Shown here in pieces: positions 60,482-64,000 of a stretch of DNA of 64,000 nucleotides. The stretch comes from Tubiluchus corallicola (lineage: Eukaryota > Animalia > Priapulida), in assembly GCA_030141605.1 (NCBI GenBank), contig JAQGDQ010000138.1:186001-250000 (forward strand), in the 5' to 3' direction. The position numbers were made by a program, and so were the translations under genes. The notes beneath the pieces are model-generated. The model saw nothing but the letters and a program-made list of their open reading frames with translations. It made no database searches and was not told where the DNA came from. How positions within the stretch are numbered: position 1 is the first letter of the stretch; each line of letters begins with the position of its first letter.

Positions 60482-63400
60482 TGTAAAAAAGTGAGGTGCG
60501 CATTACAAAAGTAATTAACTGTGTACTGTGCGATGGTGTCCATGTGTTCTGTTTCAAGTTTAAATTCGCATGCCTATGATAATAAAATATTCCTTGATCT
60601 GGGGAATACGTTGGATCCATTATCTGTGTTGTGATCGATTTTGTAAAAAACTTTCCACTCTTCCTCAAAGATTTACATCAGGTTTACTTGTTGAACACTA
60701 ACCTTTATTAATACAAGTGTTCTTGTACTTCATTCTGCACATACACACAAATACATAAAACACAATACAAAAATACATATTCAATACAAAATCTGGCATA
60801 AAAAATGAAACTAAATGTTACTCAAATAAATATATTTGCAACTTGAAATTATTTAGTCTACGATGAAAATTTTATCATTATTACTGGTTTACTATTTCGT
60901 CTGTTTAGGAATTCCATATCCTAATAATTTCCAAAGGAAAATCTATATACATCCAATCTTCCAAAATTCCTAACTAATTGTGACTACATAAACACCTACG
61001 TGGGCCAAAGTGAAAGTTTGCTGTTGAGTTGCATATTTTATAGACAATGACAAGTGCCTTTGATGAGGATTCTAAACAAATTTAGATTCCAGATTCAAGA
61101 TTGTTTATTTTGCATCAACACAAATGACGACTCATAACATTAAAAACACAGAAATTTCAATAATTCAATAGTTAACAAGAAGTATAAATATACTAAATAA
61201 GAAACAAATTTTGAAATATACCTAAATTAAATGCTTAGTTAATTGAATTGTGTTGCAGGCCATTAAGGAAACTAAGCTTGTAAAAATGCCCTGACTGTGA
61301 AATTTCAAGTAATATATACATTTAAAAAAATAAAAGGAAGGATGTGAACAAGCAAGCGATGATGAGAAGTACAATACTCTAGCAGTGGCCTCACAATTGT
61401 GAATTCCAAGAGGTAGCTAAATTGTTCATGTTCTTAAAGTTGTAAAAACCATGTTTACAACTTTAGCAACTTGTCTCTCGCAATATTTGTTGAATTTTAA
61501 ATCTAAGCATACAATCATTTCCAGATATTTACATGTTATATTTACATATTAAATTTATAAAATGTACGCGGTTTAAAATTATTAAAGGTGCATGTAATAA
61601 ACTTTTACGATAAAGTTCATGGTACGATAAAATATGGGACCAGAATGCGTTATCTAAATGAGATTGTGGTTAGTCTGATAGAGCTCACAAAGTGCAGCTA
61701 GTTGATGTTTACTTCTGTTGTTGACGCATTGCATTATACAAAACTAATAAGTACCTTCAATTTCCCCGCCCCACCTTAATGAAAGGCAGCTTGCAATGAA
61801 GAAGCAACAGAAAAGTGTATACCGTAGTAAACGTGATTATGTCAAGCTTAATTATTCCGCCGACTGTGGTGATAACTTTCTTATTTTGTAATTTATGCCA
61901 TCAGTTTCCTGATCGAATACGTCTACAACACAGCAATCATGACCTTCTTTATTTTTAAATATTTTAAATGGAACAACATTATAATTTTACTTTTTTCACA
62001 AAATTGCTGCCAAATGATATGGGAGCCATTGACGACAGCACCATAACCGTAAATATTACTATTACTGTCATTATCACTAGATGTTTCCGTCACTTTATTT
62101 GACAAATAGTGGCTGAAATAAGTTAACATAATTATGTGACCATTCAAGCTCCTGTTTGTCAAACAGAAGGTCGTACCATTCCTTGAATATTCAAGTGATA
62201 TGTGACCATGAGAAAGAAGTAACTGACGCCGTATCCAAATGGCCAGGCATCGCCCACAATAGCTTTATTGTAGCTGAATCAGCTAATGTGGGAAAATTCG
62301 ACCAAGGAGAATTAAGAGATGCGTAGTTACAAGATGAATTACTTGACGTACTACAAAAATTTATATGAATCCAAAGATACATTTGTTGACATCTTTTAAT
62401 ATTTTCTCTAAAACAAGTTAAAAGTTCTGACTATTTCGATTATTTCCTACAACGGAAAAGTAAAAAATATGTTAATGAAATTTTATTGAGCATTTATTTA
62501 TTGTAAAATTTACAACTTGCATATTCACTGCATACACCACGCAGTTTCTGAAAATACAGTGTAATAACAAAGCAAAAAAGCACGCTACACGCTTGCACGA
62601 AATTTGTGAATGCACTTTTGTAGCTACGCCTACATGCGCATCAAGTTGACCGAAGTATAGAAGCTAAACTATAATTTCGATTGTATGATGTGACGAGAAA
62701 TTTGAGAGATTTTTTTCTAGATGATCCTGTACAAAGTGCGTGCTTTTAAATTCTATTTATTAAAAAATCGTGATTAATTTTAAGAAAAACAGCGATTTTT
62801 TAATACTTATGCATTTGTCGAAGCAACAAAAGCCGGTGCACGCCATCAGGCTTATGGTGATGCTCAACTAACATTGTCGATATCACTTTCCTGCATATCA
62901 GGGCCCGGGTTCTGCTCTTTCTTTCCACGGCTGTACAATGTTTTTTCGTAATTTTTTTCTTAATTGTATTTGTGAGAAAGCACGTAGAAACACCAAGTGA
63001 AGTCACCCGCTATTAAAGATAACAAATTAAAAAAACCCAAAAAACACGTTTTGTGAGGTCGAGTAATTGCGCGATTTCAAAAGGTGAAAATGTCGTTAAA
63101 CAAATTAAATTAAACACTTTCTGTTTGCATACATTGAAGATAAGCCTCTAATCTATTCTACATGTAAGATCTAAAATTAAAATTTAAATTAAATTAAATT
63201 TAAAATTAAATTACATGCTTTTTAACAGTTTTTTTTGTATTTATGGATAGCAAATGTTATATGACACGATAATATATAAGTATTTGCTGAAATACAGGTA
63301 AAATTGCATAATACGACTGTCTTATCTGAAATACATTTTTGTGAAATTACGTTGTGACTGTACAAGTAATGCAGCAGTAACAACAGTGCTATGGCGCAAT

Positions 63401-64000
63401 AAACACTCCCTGGAGACTTTGTGCAATATTGACTGTTTGGCTTGTAGTGCGGTGCTGTATGCCACCTCACCATGTACAGTACCACTTGTGTACCCCCCCT
63501 GTGCGAAGCCATACTGTGTAACACATCGCCGTGCCCGCACAATCATGCACCGCATCGTCGAGCACCGCGTCATTGTGTACCACAGGGCGATACACAAATG
63601 CGTGGTACACAACGAAGCGGTACATGACAAGTCGGTACACAGTGCTGCGGGACATAGCGAGGCGATATGCGACCCATCGTACAGTCGAATGTGCAGGAAG
63701 TGTCACAGCGTTGCTGTTACCAATGGCTTACCAACACGTTTTGATGTTGTAGCCTGCCTGTTTTGATGATACAAGCTACACCACGTAGCATAAAAGACTT
63801 ACCTACTATATATGCAAATATGATTTTATGTACGCATTTTATGGCACTAAATTAGTAAATCGGTATGCGCTGTGTTTTGTATATTTGGCTGAGTGCTTCA
63901 AAATTCTTAACAACTTCTTTTATGTTTCTACTTGCCGAACATGCCTCATTGCGTTATTTAATATTTGTGAATATAATATAGGTTTTCTTCTAAAAGAATC
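59302..64000. repeat. Segmental duplication copy B (runs off the window end)
   Basis: Matches 54515-58442 with scattered substitutions, extra blocks at ~59428-59550 and ~60703-61285, and a longer (CAT)n tract. Confidence 0.95.

Overview
AT-rich, intron-rich animal (invertebrate-type) genomic DNA; the species cannot be identified from the sequence. Five spliced genes were reconstructed by hand from GT-AG boundaries: (1) a 5'-partial voltage-gated K+ channel beta subunit (Kvbeta/KCNAB2/Hyperkinetic family, +, 2889-12470); (2) an Ebony-type single-module NRPS (+, 17852-20909, 882 aa, only one coding intron); (3) STARD7 (-, 29287-34741); (4) an SLC35E2-like transporter (+, 39893-46877), head-to-head with STARD7; (5) a 5'-partial short collagen (-, ~51192-60480). 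Between and inside them are LINE relics, Harbinger-like MITEs, a Helitron-like element, tRNA-derived repeats, microsatellites and a recent ~4.8-kb-period duplication. The top candidate for an undescribed system is at the Kvbeta stop codon. Splicing creates a UGA-CUAG readthrough context, followed 10 nt later by a GC stem-loop and a 35-codon in-frame extension with a basic patch ending in a CaaX box (CVTQ*). This predicts a readthrough-generated, prenylated Kvbeta isoform. Second is a collagen whose poly-Asp N-terminal mini-exon is multiplied by tandem duplication and lengthened by a GAT microsatellite. Everything was read by eye; no searches were run.
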